In this document: positions 1 through 13,430 of the stretch, piece by piece | Position numbering within the stretch: the stretch's first letter is position 1 | How the letters are laid out: the number at the start of each line of letters is the position of its first letter | Source: Hypanus sabinus | Lineage: Eukaryota | Reading direction: 5' to 3' | Assembly: GCF_030144855.1 (NCBI RefSeq) | Contig: NC_082714.1 | Location: 94,302,001 to 94,366,000, forward strand | Length of the DNA: 64,000 nucleotides | Translations under genes and position numbers: made by a program | Notes under the pieces: model-generated | What the model was told of the DNA's origin: nothing | Databases searched by the model: none | Seen by the model: only the letters and a program-made list of their open reading frames with translations

Positions 1-2486
1 CGCCGAAGAGTAACAGGGATATCGAAGAGCAGATAGGGAAACAAATCCTGGAAAAGTGCAATAATAACAGAGTTATCGTGATTGGGGATTTAATTTCCAA
101 AATATAGATTGGCATCTCCCTAGAGCAAGGGTTTTAGATGGGATGGAGTTTGTGAGGTGTTTTCAGGAAGGTTTCTTGGTACAATATGTAGATAGGCCTA
201 CAGGAGGAGAGGCTGTACTTGATTTCGTATTTTGGACATGAACCTGCTCAGATGTCAGATCTCTCAGTGGGAGAGCATTTTTGGAGATAGTGATCAAAAT
301 TCTATCTCCTTTACCATAGCATTGGAGAGAGATAGGAACAGATGTTAGAAAAACGTTTAATTGGAGTAAGGGCAATTACGAGGCAATCAGGCAGGAAACA
401 GGAAGCTTAAATTTGAAACAGATGTTCTCGGGGATAAGTACGGAAGAAATGTGGCAAATGTTCAGTGGATATTTGTGTGGAGTTCTACATTAGTACGTTC
501 CAATAAGGCAGGGAAGTTATGGTAGGGCGCAGGAACCGTGGTGTACAAAAGCTGTAATATATCTGGTCAAGAAGAAAAGAAAAACTTACAAAAAGTTCAG
601 AGTGCTCGGTAATGTTAGAGATCTAGAAGATTATTGGACTAACATGAAGGAGCTTAAAAAGGAAATTAGGAGAGCCGGAAGAGGCCATGAGAAGGCCTTG
701 GCCGCCAGGATTAAGGAAAACACCGAGGCATTTTACAAGTATGTGAAGAGCAGGGGGATGAGACGTGAAAGTATAGCACATATCAAATGTGACAGTGGAA
801 AAGTATGTACAGAACCGGAGGAAATAGCAGAGGTACTTAATTAATACTTCAGTATTCACTATGGAAAATGTTCTTGGTAATAATAGTGACGACTTGCAGC
901 AGATTGAAAATTTTGAGCATGTAGAGATTAAGAAAGAGGATGTGCTGGAGCTTTTGGAAAGCATCAAATTGGATATATCGCCGGGCCCGGATGAGATGAA
1001 CCCCAGGCTACTGTGCGGGGCGAGGGAGGAGATTGCTGAGCCTCTGGTGATGATCTTTGCATCATCAATGGGGACGGGAGAGGTTTCGGAGGATTGGAGG
1101 GTTGTGGATGTTGTTCCTTTATTCAAGTAGAGATAGCCGAGGAAATTATAGACCAGTGAGTCTTACCTCAGTGGTTGGTAAGTTGATGGAGAAGATCCTG
1201 ACAAGCAGGATTTATGAACGTTTGGGGAGGTACAATATGATTAGGAATAGACAACACGGCGTTGCCAAGGGCAGGCGTGCCATACGAGCCTGATTGAATT
1301 TTTTCAGGAAGTGACGACACATATTAATGAAGGATGAACAGTAGGTATAGTGTATATGGATTCCAGCAAGGCATTTGATAAGGTATCCCATGCAAGACTT
1401 ATTGAGAAAGTAAGGATGCATGGGATCCAAGAGAACATTGCTCGGTGGATCGAGAACTGGTTTGCCGACAGAAAGCAAAGAGTGGTTATAGACGGGTTAT
1501 ATTCTACATGGAGTTCGGTCACCAGTTGAGTGCCTCAGGGATCTGTTCTGCGACCCATATTCTTTGCGATTTTTTTAATTGACCTCGATGAGGAACTGGA
1601 GGGATGGATTAGTAAGTTTGCTGATGACACTAGGTTGGAGCTGCTGTGGATATTGTGGAGGCCTGTCAAAGGTTACAGCGGGACATTGATAGGATGCAAA
1701 ACTGGGCTGAGAAGTGGCAGATCGAGTTCAAACCAGGTAAGTGTGAAGAAGTTCATTTTGGTAGGTCAAATATGATGGCAGAATACAGTATTAATTGTAA
1801 GACTCTTGGCAGTGCGGAGGATCAGTGGGATCTTTGGGTCCGAGTCCATATGATGCTCAAAGTAGCTGCGCAGGGTGACTCAGTGGTTAAGAAGCCATAT
1901 GGTGCATTGGCCTTCGTCAATCGTGGATTTGAATTTAGGAGTCGAGAGGTAATGTGGCAGCTATATAAGATCTTGGTCAGACCCCACTTGGAGTACTCTG
2001 CTCAGTGATGGTCGCCTCACCACTGGATGGATGTGGAAGCCGTAGAAAGGGTGTAGTTGAGATGTTGCCTCAATTGGGGAGCATGTCTTATGGGGATAGG
2101 TTGAGGGAATTCGGCCTTTACTCCTTGGAGCGACGGAGGATGAGAGGTGACCTGATAGAGGTGTATAACATGTCAGAGGCTTTTTCCCAAGGCTGAACTG
2201 GTTGCCACAAGAGGACACAATTTTACAGTGCTGGGGTGTAGGTACAGAGGAGACGTCAGGGGTAAGTTTTTTACTCAGAGAATGGTGAGTGCGCGGAATA
2301 GGCTGTCTGCAAAGTGGTGGAGGTGGATACGATAGGGTCTTTTAGGAGACTTTTGGACTCATACATAGTGCATACAAAAATAGAGTGTTGTAGGTAAGCC
2401 CATCAATTTCCAAATAGGGACATGTTTGGCACAACCTTGTAGGCCGAAGTACCTGTACTGTGCTGTAGGATTTCTATGTTTCTATG
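1..2486 (+). mobile_element. Decayed CR1-clade LINE (ORF2 endonuclease/RT fragments plus 3' tail)
   Basis: ORF fragments [49 protein letters not shown]; ends in a tttctatgtttctatg tail near 2471-2486; many stops and frameshifts. Confidence 0.93.
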
Positions 2487-3334
2487 ATTTTAATTTTTCA
2501 CAGTATATCTGGGTGCGTTGAATCCTGGGCAGGATATTCACTCCTTCCAGTAAACACAATTCGCAGGTGTGATTAAGAGCCGGGACATTATTATCGATGT
2601 TATGTAGGAGAAAACCACGTTCTTTAAAAATAATATACACTTGCGAAAGGTGCTGGTCAGACTGTCCAACAGGAAAAAAATGGGTTAGCAGGGTGTCGGG
2701 ATGTTATCTGAATCCGAACAAGTCGTTCTGCGTCTTCCCGATGCTGACCGCTTAACATAGTTGCTATAGGCTTCCGACATTCCACCTTCAATCACTGGGC
2801 ACGGAGACTTGAATATTAACAAAGCTTTCACAAATTCGGAACATTCGAAGGAGCCGTCGTTCAGTCACAATTGAAGGTTTAAAAGTCTCAAAGTTGCTGT
2901 TCGAATGATTCAAGATTTGGGGATTTATTGGGAAATGACAAAGAACTGGTCCCAATGGAGGGACCAATAAATCTGGAAATGCTGTGAGCAGTTAGTGATG
3001 AGGCTGAGTAGTGCTGATGTTATTTCAGTACAATACTAGTAAGATCTAGTATTCAATTCCAAGGTGAGAGTGGTTTAAAAAATATTTGAAACATACTTGA
3101 TGTCCCGCAGTGTCCGCACAAGGTTGTGGACCCAGAGCTGGGAGGTCGTAATAATCCTGGCAACTATTGACTTAAAGGTTTGTACCCAAAGGGTCAAATG
3201 TACCTCTTCTGTACCCCACATTTCATTCAATGTCTGAGTTAATTTGTGTTAATTTCACCGGCATTGTTTCGATCACCGGTCGTGAATAAAATAAAGTTGT
3301 TTCCACTCCCTTCCGTCTGCCCTCTCTCACACAG

Positions 3335-3669
3335 GTAGCGAGTCCCGAAAGCCCTCGGTTTTTCTGCTCCCTTCCTCCCGGAGGAGACCAGCTCGGGTTC
3401 TGCCACTCTATCCTACCAGGTGAGAGGATTTAAGCCGGGCTTGGTAGCGCTGCGCTGGAGGGTGGATGGAGTCGAGATGGAGAGCGGGGTGACGACAGGC
3501 AGTTTGTCTTCGGACTGCAAGCTAAAACCAAGCATACAAGCTGAGCAGTTACATGCGGGTACCAGCCGGTACAAGGAACAAGGGCTCAATCTGCTCCTGC
3601 AGCGTGAGAAACAATTAGCTGAGGTCGCCGCTGCGTAACATCATCTCTTTGTCCGCCTGTGCGCAGTGA
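3335..3669 (+). pseudogene. Immunoglobulin light-chain constant (CL) exon pseudogene, sigma-cart/NS5 (type I)-like
   Basis: Acceptor ctctctcacacag|G at 3334/3335. Joining frames gives GSESRKPSVFLLPSS/PEETSSGSATLSYQVRGFKPGLVALRWRVDGVEMESGVTTGSLSSD/NQAYKLSSYMRVPAGTRNKGSICSCSVRNN*LRSPLRNIISLSACAQ*, closely resembling the shark type I CL as I recall it. Two frameshifts, B-strand Cys to Tyr, TAG at 3616-3618, C-terminal Cys retained. Confidence 0.88.
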
Positions 3670-4884
3670 AACCCCGCCGGTTGGCAGAATACAGTATTAT
3701 TATGTTCTTGTTTAACGCACTGAAGTAATCTCTGGATTTGTGCAGTCACCCTGCTCAATGTAATTGCACAGTAATGTCCGCTTTTGGCAACACTCAGAAT
3801 GTTTAATAATTTCAGAATTAGCATTTTGTGACATCGTCCACAATGTGCGGCGTCTGAGCTTCCTCTGAGTATAGAAAAAAATAGAGCTCCCGTGTTGTCA
3901 TTGAAACCTGTGTAACACAACTCCGATTATACAAGAAAGAGCCGTGGGTTTGTCGTTGTCGTTAAATTCCTATCTTGCTCCTAATTTGCTTTGATTATGC
4001 CTTGTTTCCGGCCGTTAATTTCACATTTACTGCTAATTCTCTTTGAGGACGGCACACCTGGTTTCTGTTGAGAATTGCAGCAGAAGAACCCTGGCGTTAC
4101 AATCATTAGTCGCCAGATCATTGGTCTTTTTACTATGAGATAACAACGTTTCCCGACCGCTTAGAACCGTTTATTCTAAGTTTAGCTCCAGTTTTAGGGT
4201 TTACCTACGTGACTCCATTTCTCTGAGTCAAGGCTCCGTGTCAAGGCTCCATATCAGGGCTCCGTGACAAGAACCTTCTTGTTTGCTGTTCGGAGGTTAC
4301 GCCCGTGTAAGCATCCAAACTAAATCTCTTTGCCTGTGCTCTGCACTTGGTTTTGGTCGTCATTCGCCATGTTCCATTGCAACAGTCGTGGCCTGGCTTT
4401 ACTCGGCTGTGCGCGTTGCGTTGCGGGCTGGTGAGGGGTGTGGGTTGTGGATTGGTAGCGGATAATGTCCCTTCTAGGACCCTCAATCAAAAGTACAGTC
4501 CAATCCATTCAGGCATCTTATTTCGCCATCGCCTCTCACCTTCCGCCATCACTGATACCAGTTCCACGTCGTCTTGCGCCTCTGCTCTTTATTTCCAATC
4601 GCCCCTATGTAACAGAGGTCAAAATTCTCACTGCTTGTTCGTCACATTCTTACTGCCAACGGGAGTGTTAACCTGTAAAAATATTTCCCCGTGACTTTGC
4701 AATTCACTCTAGCTGAGGTTATCAGTTGCTTTAGTTGATCCACAAAGCCTCAATTTCGCGCACATCCCTTTGGTGCGGGTAATATTCTGGATATAAAGAG
4801 TAAGTGACTACTTCATTCTGTAATAAAAATTCCTATATCAGTCACTGTAATTCACCGACACCACGCCCACCCATCATCCTGTCA

Positions 4885-4910
4885 CACACACAAACACACA
4901 CACACACACA

Positions 4911-4950
<40 letters not shown>
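4885..4950. repeat. (CA)n microsatellite
   Basis: Direct reading of the cacacaca run with minor interruptions. Confidence 0.95.
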
Positions 4951-4952
<2 letters not shown>

Positions 4953-5199
4953 ATTGTAAAGCATTCTCTGAAAAACAATTCATTAATTTCTGAAACTTAT
5001 TTTTATCTTCAGCTCAAAGTAAGTTTGTTATCAAAGTACGTTTACGTCATCATATACAACCCTGAGATTTGTTTTCACACTTATTCACAGTAAAAGTAGA
5101 AAGGACAATAGAAACAATGAAAACCTGTATACAAGCAAAACCAGACAAGTCATATGCAAAAAGACGAACGGCAAACAACAAAATAGAAAGAAAGATAGT

Positions 5200-5265
5200 T
5201 AGCCAAATAAACAAATGAATGAATGAATGAATGAATAAACAAATAAATAAATAAATAAATAAATT
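5200..5265. repeat. (TGAA/TAAA)n tetranucleotide microsatellite
   Basis: aatgaatgaatgaataaacaaataaataaataaat. Confidence 0.9.
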
Positions 5266-5389
5266 GATTAAATTCTATCAGTAAATAAACGAATGCAGGA
5301 ACAATGGATATATAGATAAATAACACTGAGATTTCAGGTAAGTTGCCTGTGTAGAATATAGAAAGGAAGTATGTGTGTGAGGCCGGTGT

Positions 5390-8220
5390 TCTGTGCTCGG
5401 GGTCAGATGTGAAAAGTCCTTGAGGCTCCCAGCATCCCAGACGGCCACATCAGCGCCAGGTGCTTCGAGCTGCAGCTCCTCAGGGGCCAGATTAAGGAAA
5501 TGCAGATGCAGCTCGGTGATCTTCATTTGATCAGGGAGAGTGAGGAGGTGATAGATAGGAGCTATATGCAAATAGTCACACTAGGGCCAACGGAGGCGGA
5601 TGTGGGTAACATTCAGGTGAGGGCAGGGCAGGAATTAGAGGCTAGAAAGTACCCCAGTGGCTGTACCCCTGCAACAAGAAGTACTCCTGGTTCAGTACTA
5701 TTGGGAAGCGGAATACTTGCGGGAAGAAAAGGTGCCCAATCCCTCTGGCACAAAGCCTGGCCTGTGGCTCAGAAGGGTAGGGAAAAGGAAGGGGATGGCA
5801 GCAATGATAAAGGACACTATAGTCGGGTGTAAAGGTAAGGTAGGCGATTCTGTAGACGCGAGAAAGAAACAAGGGTGGCAGTTTTCCTCCCAGCTGCCAG
5901 GGTCCGGGATATTTCTGATCGTGTCCTCGATTATCTTGAAGTGCGAAGGAGGAGAGCCAGAAGTACATATTGGTACCAACGAGATGGTAGGAAAAGGGAG
6001 GAGGTCCAGAAAACAGACTACAGGGAGTTAAGAAGGAAGTTGGGAAGCAGGACCACAAAAGTAGCCGTCTCGGGATTAATTCCTGTGCTACGTGACAGTG
6101 AGTATAGGAATAGGGTGAGGTGGAGGATTAACGCGTGGCTGAGGGATTGGAGCAGGGAAGAGTGTTTCAGATTTCTGGATCATTGGGGCCTCTTCGGGGG
6201 ATGTGTGAAGTGTACATAAAGGACGGGTTTCACTTGAATCCGAGGGGGAACAAATATCCTGGCGGGGACGATTGCTGGAATAGCTGGGGGTGGGGAGTGG
6301 GAACCGAACTGAAGAGACGGAGGAAGAGGCAGTTAGCTGACAAAGAGAGAAAGCTTGGAGACAATGTGAGGATAGGCAGGCGATAGAGAGGGGACGCGCT
6401 CAGACCAATGGTTTGAGGTGTGTCTATTTTAATGCAAAGTGCATCATGAACAAAGCGGATGAGCTTGGAGCGTGAATCAGTACTTAGATCAATGATATCC
6501 TGGTCATTACAGAGACTCGGATGGCTCTGTGGCAGGAATGTTTACTTCCAGTGCCCGGCTTTAGATGTTTCAGAAAGGACAGGAAGGGAAACAAAAGAAG
6601 TTGGGGCGTGGCATTGTTCTGCAGAGATAACGTCACGGATGCAGAAAAGGAGTAGTCATGGTGGGATTGTCTACGGAGTCTCAGTGGGTGGAAGTTAGCA
6701 ACATGAAGAGGTCAATAACTCGACTGGGTGTCTTATTTTATATAGACCACCCAATAGTAACAGGGACATCGAGAAACAGATATGGAAAAAGATTCTGGAA
6801 ATGTGTAATAATGAGAGGGTTTGCATTGTGGGAGATTTGAATTTCCCAAATATTGATTGGCATCTCCCAAGAGCGAGTGGTCATATAGGGTGGAGTTTAT
6901 TAGGTGTGTTCAGGAAAACTTGTCGACAATATGTTTAGATAAACCTACAAGAGTAGAGGATGTACTTGATCTGGTACTTCGAAATGAACCTGGTCAGGAG
7001 TTAAGTCTCTCAGTGGGAGAGCATTTTGGAGATAGTGATGGCAATTCTATTTCCTTTACCATACCTTTGGAGAGGGATCGCAACAGATAAGTTGGGAAAG
7101 CGTTTAATTGGACTGAGGGGAAATATGATACTTTCAGGCAGGAATTTGGAAGTATAAATTAGAAACAGAAGTTTTCAGGGAAATATACGGCAGAAATGTG
7201 GCAAATATTCAGGGAATATTTGTGTGGAGTTCTGCACAGGTACGTTCCAAAGAGGCATGGAATGGATGCTAGGGTACAAGAGCCGTGGGGCACAAAGGCC
7301 GTTGTAAATCCAGTCAAGAGATAAAGAAGACCTTACAAAAGGTCCAAAAATTAGGTAATGATAAAGATCTAGAAGATTATAAGGCTGGCTGGAAAGAGCA
7401 TAGGAATGAAGTGAGGGGAGCCAGAGGAAGCCATAAAAGGTTCTGGCGGACAGAATTAAGGAAACACCCAAGGTATTCTACAAGTATGTGAAGAGCAAAA
7501 GATAAGACGTGAGAGAATAGGACCAAAGAAGTGTGACGGCTGAAAAGTGTATATGGAACTGCAGGCGATAGCAAAGGTACCTAATGAATATATTGGCTTC
7601 AGTTTTCAATACAGAAAAGGATTTTGGCGATTGCAGGGATGACTTACTGCGGACTGAAAAAATTAAGCATTTATACACTAAGGAAGAGGATGCGCTGGAG
7701 CTTTTGGAAAGCATGAATTTGGGTAAGTCACCAGGACCAGACGAAATGTACTGCAGGCTACTGTGGGAGGCGAGGGGGGAGATTGCTGAGCCTCTACCGA
7801 TGATCTTTTCATCATCAATGGGGACAGGAAAGGTACCTAAGGATTGGTCGGTTGCGGATGTTGTTCCCTTATTCTAAGAAGGGAGTAGAGATAGCCCAAG
7901 AAATTATAATCCATTTAGTCTTATTCCAATGTTTGGTAAGTTAATGGTGAAGATCCTGAGAGGTAGAATTAACGAACATTTGGAGAGGCATAGTATGATT
8001 AGGAATAGTCAGCATGGCTTTATCAAAGGCTGGTTGTGCCTTACGTGCCTGATTGAATAGTTTGAGGATGTAACAAACATATTGAATAAGTTAGACCAAT
8101 AGATACAGTGTATATGGATTTCAGCAGTTGATAAGGTACCCCATGCAAGGCATTAAGAAAGTAAGGAGGCATGGAAAGCAAGGGCACATTGATTTGTGGC
8201 TCCAGAATGAACCCGATATT
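5390..8220 (+). mobile_element. Decayed CR1 LINE retaining ORF1 (SGNH/GDSL esterase-like) and the 5' part of ORF2; 3'-truncated within RT
   Basis: ORF1-like KVAVSGLIPV..RINAWLRDWSREECFRFLDHW..DGFHLN; endonuclease start GLRCVYFNAK near 6410; RT fragments GKSPGPDEMY..ADVVPLF..DKVPH. Confidence 0.9.
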
Positions 8221-9120
8221 AGAAACATAGAGACTTCGAAAACCCACAGCACAATACCGGCACGTGGGCCTATAAAGCTGAGCCGAACATACCCTTACCT
8301 TAGAAATTACCTTCGGTTACCCATAGCCCACTATTTTTCCAAGCTCCATGTACTTGTCCAGGAGTCTCTTTAAAGACCCTATTGTATCCGCCTCCACCAC
8401 AGTCGCCGGCCGCCCATGACACGGAATCACCAGTCTCTGCGTAAAAAATCCTACCCCTGACATCTCCTGTGTACCTACTACGAAGTACCTTAAAACTATG
8501 CCCTCTCGTGATAGCCATTACAGACCTAGGCAAAAAGCCTCTGAATATCCACATGATCAATGCCTCACATCATCTTACACATCCCTATCAGGTCACCTCT
8601 CATTCCCCATCGCTTCAAGGAGAAATGGCCACGTTCACTCAACCTATTCTCAAAAGACGTGCTCCCCAATCCAGACAACACAGTTGTAAACATCCTTTGC
8701 TCGCTTTCTATGGCTTCCACATCCTTCCTCTAGTGAGGAGAACAGAACTGAGCACAATACTCCAAGTGGGATCTGACCACGGTCCAATATATCTCCAAGA
8801 TTTCCTCGGGGCTCCTAAAATCAATCCCACGATTAATGAAGGCCAATGCACCGTATGCTTTCTTAACCACAGAGTCAACCTGCGCAGCAGCTTTGCGTGT
8901 CCTATGGACTCGAACCCCAAGTTTCCTCTGATCCTCCACACTGCCATTAATACTATATTCCTTCATCATATTTGACCTACCAGAATGAACCACATCACAG
9001 TTATCTGGGCTGAACTTCATCTGCCACATCTTAGCCCAGTTTTTCATCCTATCAATGTCCGGCTGTAACCTCTGGCAGCACTCAACACTATCCACAACAC
9101 CTCCAATCTTTGTGTCATAT
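8221..9120 (-). mobile_element. CR1 LINE 3' fragment, tail-to-tail with the preceding element
   Basis: Minus-strand ORFs ..VVRSHLEYCAQFCSPH and ITRGHSFKVLRSRYTGDVRG; tail tagaaacatagag at about 8220. Confidence 0.9.
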
Positions 9121-10448
9121 TCTCTACCTTGAGTTGTAGAGTCTTTGAAATTGTGCCTATAAATCGTGGGATCAGTTCAGAGATGGCATGAGTGAAGCCT
9201 TGCACTTTGTCGTGGGGTCTGATTGCTGAATAACTCACCCTGAAATATGAGGTCTGTACTTTTCACATGGGATTGAGATACTGAACTATGAAACGTGGGA
9301 GATGACGACAGATCCCTCGTATAGATATGTGGAAGTTAAAACCAAAGATAAAATTATTGTGATTTGGCTGAAGTTTTACGAGTGTTTTTCACTATGTATG
9401 GTATTCCCGGATGCATCCTGTCCCGCATCTGCTGTAGCGATTATGACACATGTTTGGCATCAGCCAGGCAACTCAAGAATCTCATAAACACGAGAGGTTC
9501 TGTAGATTCTGACATCCAGAGCAACAAACACGAACTGCTGTAGGAAAACGGCAGGTCAGGCAGCATTCATAGAAAAGACTAATAATTCGACATATCAGGT
9601 AGAGGCACTTTACCAGGACTGGTGGAGGCTCTTCGCCCGAAGAGTCGACTCTTCTTTTTTCCATATATTCTGCCTGCCCTACTGATTTCCTCCAGCGTTG
9701 CGTAGAAATCTCTCTTCGGCATTAATCAGTTTTCTCTTTTAATTGTGTGCTGTCAACCTGTTCCTGGACTTCCTCTGGCCATTAATGTCTATACTGATCA
9801 CCACGTTTCTGGACTATATAGAAAAATGTGGGTGGCATTAGAGAAAATAACTCCTGTTCAAGTGAACAATCGGGCAACTGAAAACGCAACCTAGTTTATT
9901 GGAAAATTAGAATTGTTAACTGTATAAAATATCTTTGAAAATGTTGCGGCTGTCAAGCGCATTTGAAAGCATTAAAACACACAAATCTATTACCTTAAAT
10001 ACAACTAGAATGAAATCGACAGTGTCAAACCAGCGACATTGTGCTGGGGAGCAGGGAACAAATTTCATCACGCTTCCGGTGTCAAGACGTATAGATATAT
10101 TTATTTATTTACTTACTTATCTATCTATCTATCTGCCTGCCCATCTATCTGTCTGCCTCTCTCTGTCTCTCTCTCTCTCTTTCCCCTCTCTCTCTATCAA
10201 TCTATATATTTAGAGATACACTGCGCCCAACTAGCCGTGCCGCCCTGAGACCCACCGATTTAACCCTTGCCTAATCAGAGGGCAATTTGCAATAACCAAT
10301 TAGCTTACTATGTTCAAGAGGGATGCCTGGAATGCGCTGCCTGGCATGGTGGTACAGGCTTTTAAGAGATATTTGGTTAAGCATACGGATGTAAGGAAGG
10401 TAGAAGGATATGGACATTTGGTAGGTTGGATATATAAGTACTTGGATG

Positions 10449-11021
10449 TGTTACGTCCCGCAGTTGGCTCTTGGCTAGAGTTGTCGGGGAAACAACATAA
10501 AAACCAAGTCTACCCCCCAGTGCGGTGCGTTTTACTGTGACCGGAAAACTACAAGGCTAACAAATGCGGTCCTATTTGCAATATAGTCACGATACTTACA
10601 CGTGTTTACTGAAGTGATCCGGAGCAATCAAATCCAAGGGAGTATTCGAAAAAACGAAATGCATATGCAAAAACACAGGTTAGAATACGAAGACTGCAAG
10701 TTTCTAAATACGGAAACGATAGTTATTGTTTAACGGTCGTTTCTCTCCAGCGGCTCTCCCTCCCTTCTTCATGGAAGCCGGCCTTTTTTTTAATTGCGCG
10801 CTTCAAATCCCCATTGTAGCAATGTTGACTAGGGAGCTGGTCCAGATGCACTCTAAATTGAGATTGGCAGCGACTTGGCATAACTGTAACAAGAAAAGGT
10901 GGACGCAGAGAGAGAACAGAAAACAAAAACACGGGCGAACACGCACGCACGGAACACCCCCACCAACAAAGACAACAAAAACACGGGCGTACACAGACGC
11001 TCAGTGCGCAGGCACGTTACA
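10449..11021 (-). repeat. 3' LTR of the Gmr1-like element
   Basis: Minus strand begins TGTAACG directly after purine tract AGATGGGGG (11022-11030) and ends CGTAACA (plus tgttacg at 10449), a 7-bp terminal inverted repeat. Confidence 0.8.
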
Positions 11022-13430
11022 CCCCCATCTAGAAAGAGCAAACTTGTCATCTCTTTACAACAAAAATAACACTAACTCATGGGCTGAGACAATATTTCCG
11101 GCAATACACTTTCTCTCCCTTTGTTACAACGAATATCAATATTATAATGTTACACAATCAAGTCCAGCGCGTAAGGCGTTGGTTCCGGTTCTGCATACGG
11201 AAGCGAAAGGAAATGGGATTGTGATACAACAAATGGGAGAACTAGAACCTACGTAAAATTCGAAATGCAATGGTGCAAATAGGAGAGATAGACATTCCTT
11301 TTCTATAGCGAAGTGGTTACTTTGGTACAGGGAAGGAACGTATCTTTTCGACCTTCGTGTCAACTGGACGCACTTCACCCTGGCGAACGACTTTGCACGG
11401 AGAGATGACCTGGGCTTTCTCAAAGTGACACTTACCCAATTAGCAGTCAACGAGGCCTGACCTAAACATTTGAATATACGCTGAATAGTCTGCATGTGCG
11501 ACAGCCAGTCAACAGCATATACCACAAAGTTACATAAATCCGGCTCGCAGTTAGGCATGGCTTCAAAACCCATGAACATGAGTCGTTGAGTTGTTCCAGG
11601 TGCATTACACATTCCAAAAGCCATGAGGGAGTAATATAGGAAATGATGCAAAGTAACACAGGCGGAGACAATATAATTTTCACACGTCAAGCTTAATGTC
11701 AAACTTGTCTACAGTTACTCTGTCAATGCAATTCTCCATACCCGACAATGGAAATGATTCTGGCACCGTAACGGCATTTACTTTCCTATAATGTGTGCAG
11801 AAGCGGATATTCCTTCGCTCTTGGGCTCCAGGATGCATATGGTTCTCCACGGGCTATAGCTAGGATGGGCTACCCCATGAATGAGCAGGTAGGTTACCTC
11901 CTGCTGCATTAACGCAGTGGGTTCACCCGGTACGCATGTTGCTTCATAGGCTTAGCACCATTCACAAGAATGTCATGCTCCGACCAATTCGTTCGAGAAG
12001 GCACATCATTAAACAACGCCAGATAATCTTGAATTAATTGTATCACATCCAATTGTTGCTGGGGATCTAACTGTGACAGCCCACCTCGGAGCTCCAGTAA
12101 TGGAGAAGAATTCTACAATTTGGCACACTGCTCCAGTGGCGTTCCGCAAAACTAGGGCTTCTTCATCGGCGCTGTCAGCTGGCATGGAAAGAGCGACTGC
12201 AATGGAACCAGTGACCCCTATTTCAGAAGACGGAATCCCATTCTTTGTTCCCGATGTAATACGCATTAGCATTGTGATGTGCAACACACGAGCCTGTCGC
12301 CTCTGGTCAAGGGTACGAAATATCAATACGAACTCAGAAAGTTTGCGAGCAATCGGGGAAGGTAATGAAAAACGGGAATGGAGAACTGAAGCACATATGG
12401 TAAGTAATGCCAGAACCAAATCCGCAGCACTGAAGCAGCGAGGCATCTTTTCTAGTCGCAACGCGCCTTCATCTAATCCTGCGAGGAAGATAGAACCCTA
12501 CTGGTGTGCCCACAAGCAGAGTGGAGACGATCTACGAATTCGCTAACATAATCCAACAGATTGGGCAAAGTCTTTGTGGATTCTCCGAACAGCTGCTTTT
12601 GACTAGCTTAAGCGGCCATATAATAGTATACACAAGGATTATTTCATCAGGTGGAATCCGCGGGCCCCCTGTACAGTTTCGAGCACGGCAAATAATACAA
12701 AAGGAATGTCTGTGTCCTAGTCTCTACCGTGTTCCAAATAATACGCAGGCAACATAGACTTCAGCACCGGATGGAATCGTTCCAGTCAGCTGTGATGCTG
12801 GATGACACACACAGGGGACTTTATGAATTACAGAAAGTGTGTTCATAACCTGGGTAAAGGCGAACATAAATCTCCTATCCCGATTAATCAGCACAACTCT
12901 CGGCAGACCAAATGTAGAGAAGATTTGCATCAGTGCAGCAGTGAAAACAGGCGCAGCAATTATGCACAGGGAAAACGCCTTGAGTAGACGGGTGGCAGCG
13001 CACATGACGGTCAGCAAAAACTGGTTCCCCGGCAAAGTCCCTACATAATCCACCAGTACTCACTCGAACGACCATCACATCACAGGAATCGGGTGAATAA
13101 TCCCAGGGGTTAACCCTGATTAGGTTTACCTCCGCGCTGGCATACCGGTCAGGTTCGGCAATACTCAGCCGCGGCACACTACATTCCGGGTCAAATGAAT
13201 TGGCGTAAAATGCGTTATACGTTTTAGTAATGTCTGATTGTCCTGCGAATGGGTAGTTATGCGCTAACTACAGCACATACTGTCCGTAATTTGTCAGTGT
13301 CAAAATTTGAAAGACAACATCCCAGCCCAAGCGATCGGACAGGACAGGCATATCTACGCATAAGTCTTCCAAAACTATCAGACAAGGATCGACATACAAT
13401 TGAAGAGCAGCTGAGCAATTACGAACTGTA
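10449..13430 (-). mobile_element. Decayed Gmr1-like Ty3/gypsy LTR retrotransposon (IN-RT-RNaseH order), 5'-truncated, 3' LTR retained
   Basis: Reading the minus strand: integrase Zn-finger region (about 13430-13100), IN core MDYVGTLPGNQFLLTVMCAATR..FGLPR (13053-12724), IN C-terminus VLALL..RKLSEFVLIFRTLDQRRQARVLHITML (about 12400-12270), RT KQHAYRVNP..FGMCNAPGT, RNaseH AIEKECLSLLFAPLHFEFYVG..NQRLTRW, then PPT and LTR. Confidence 0.88.
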
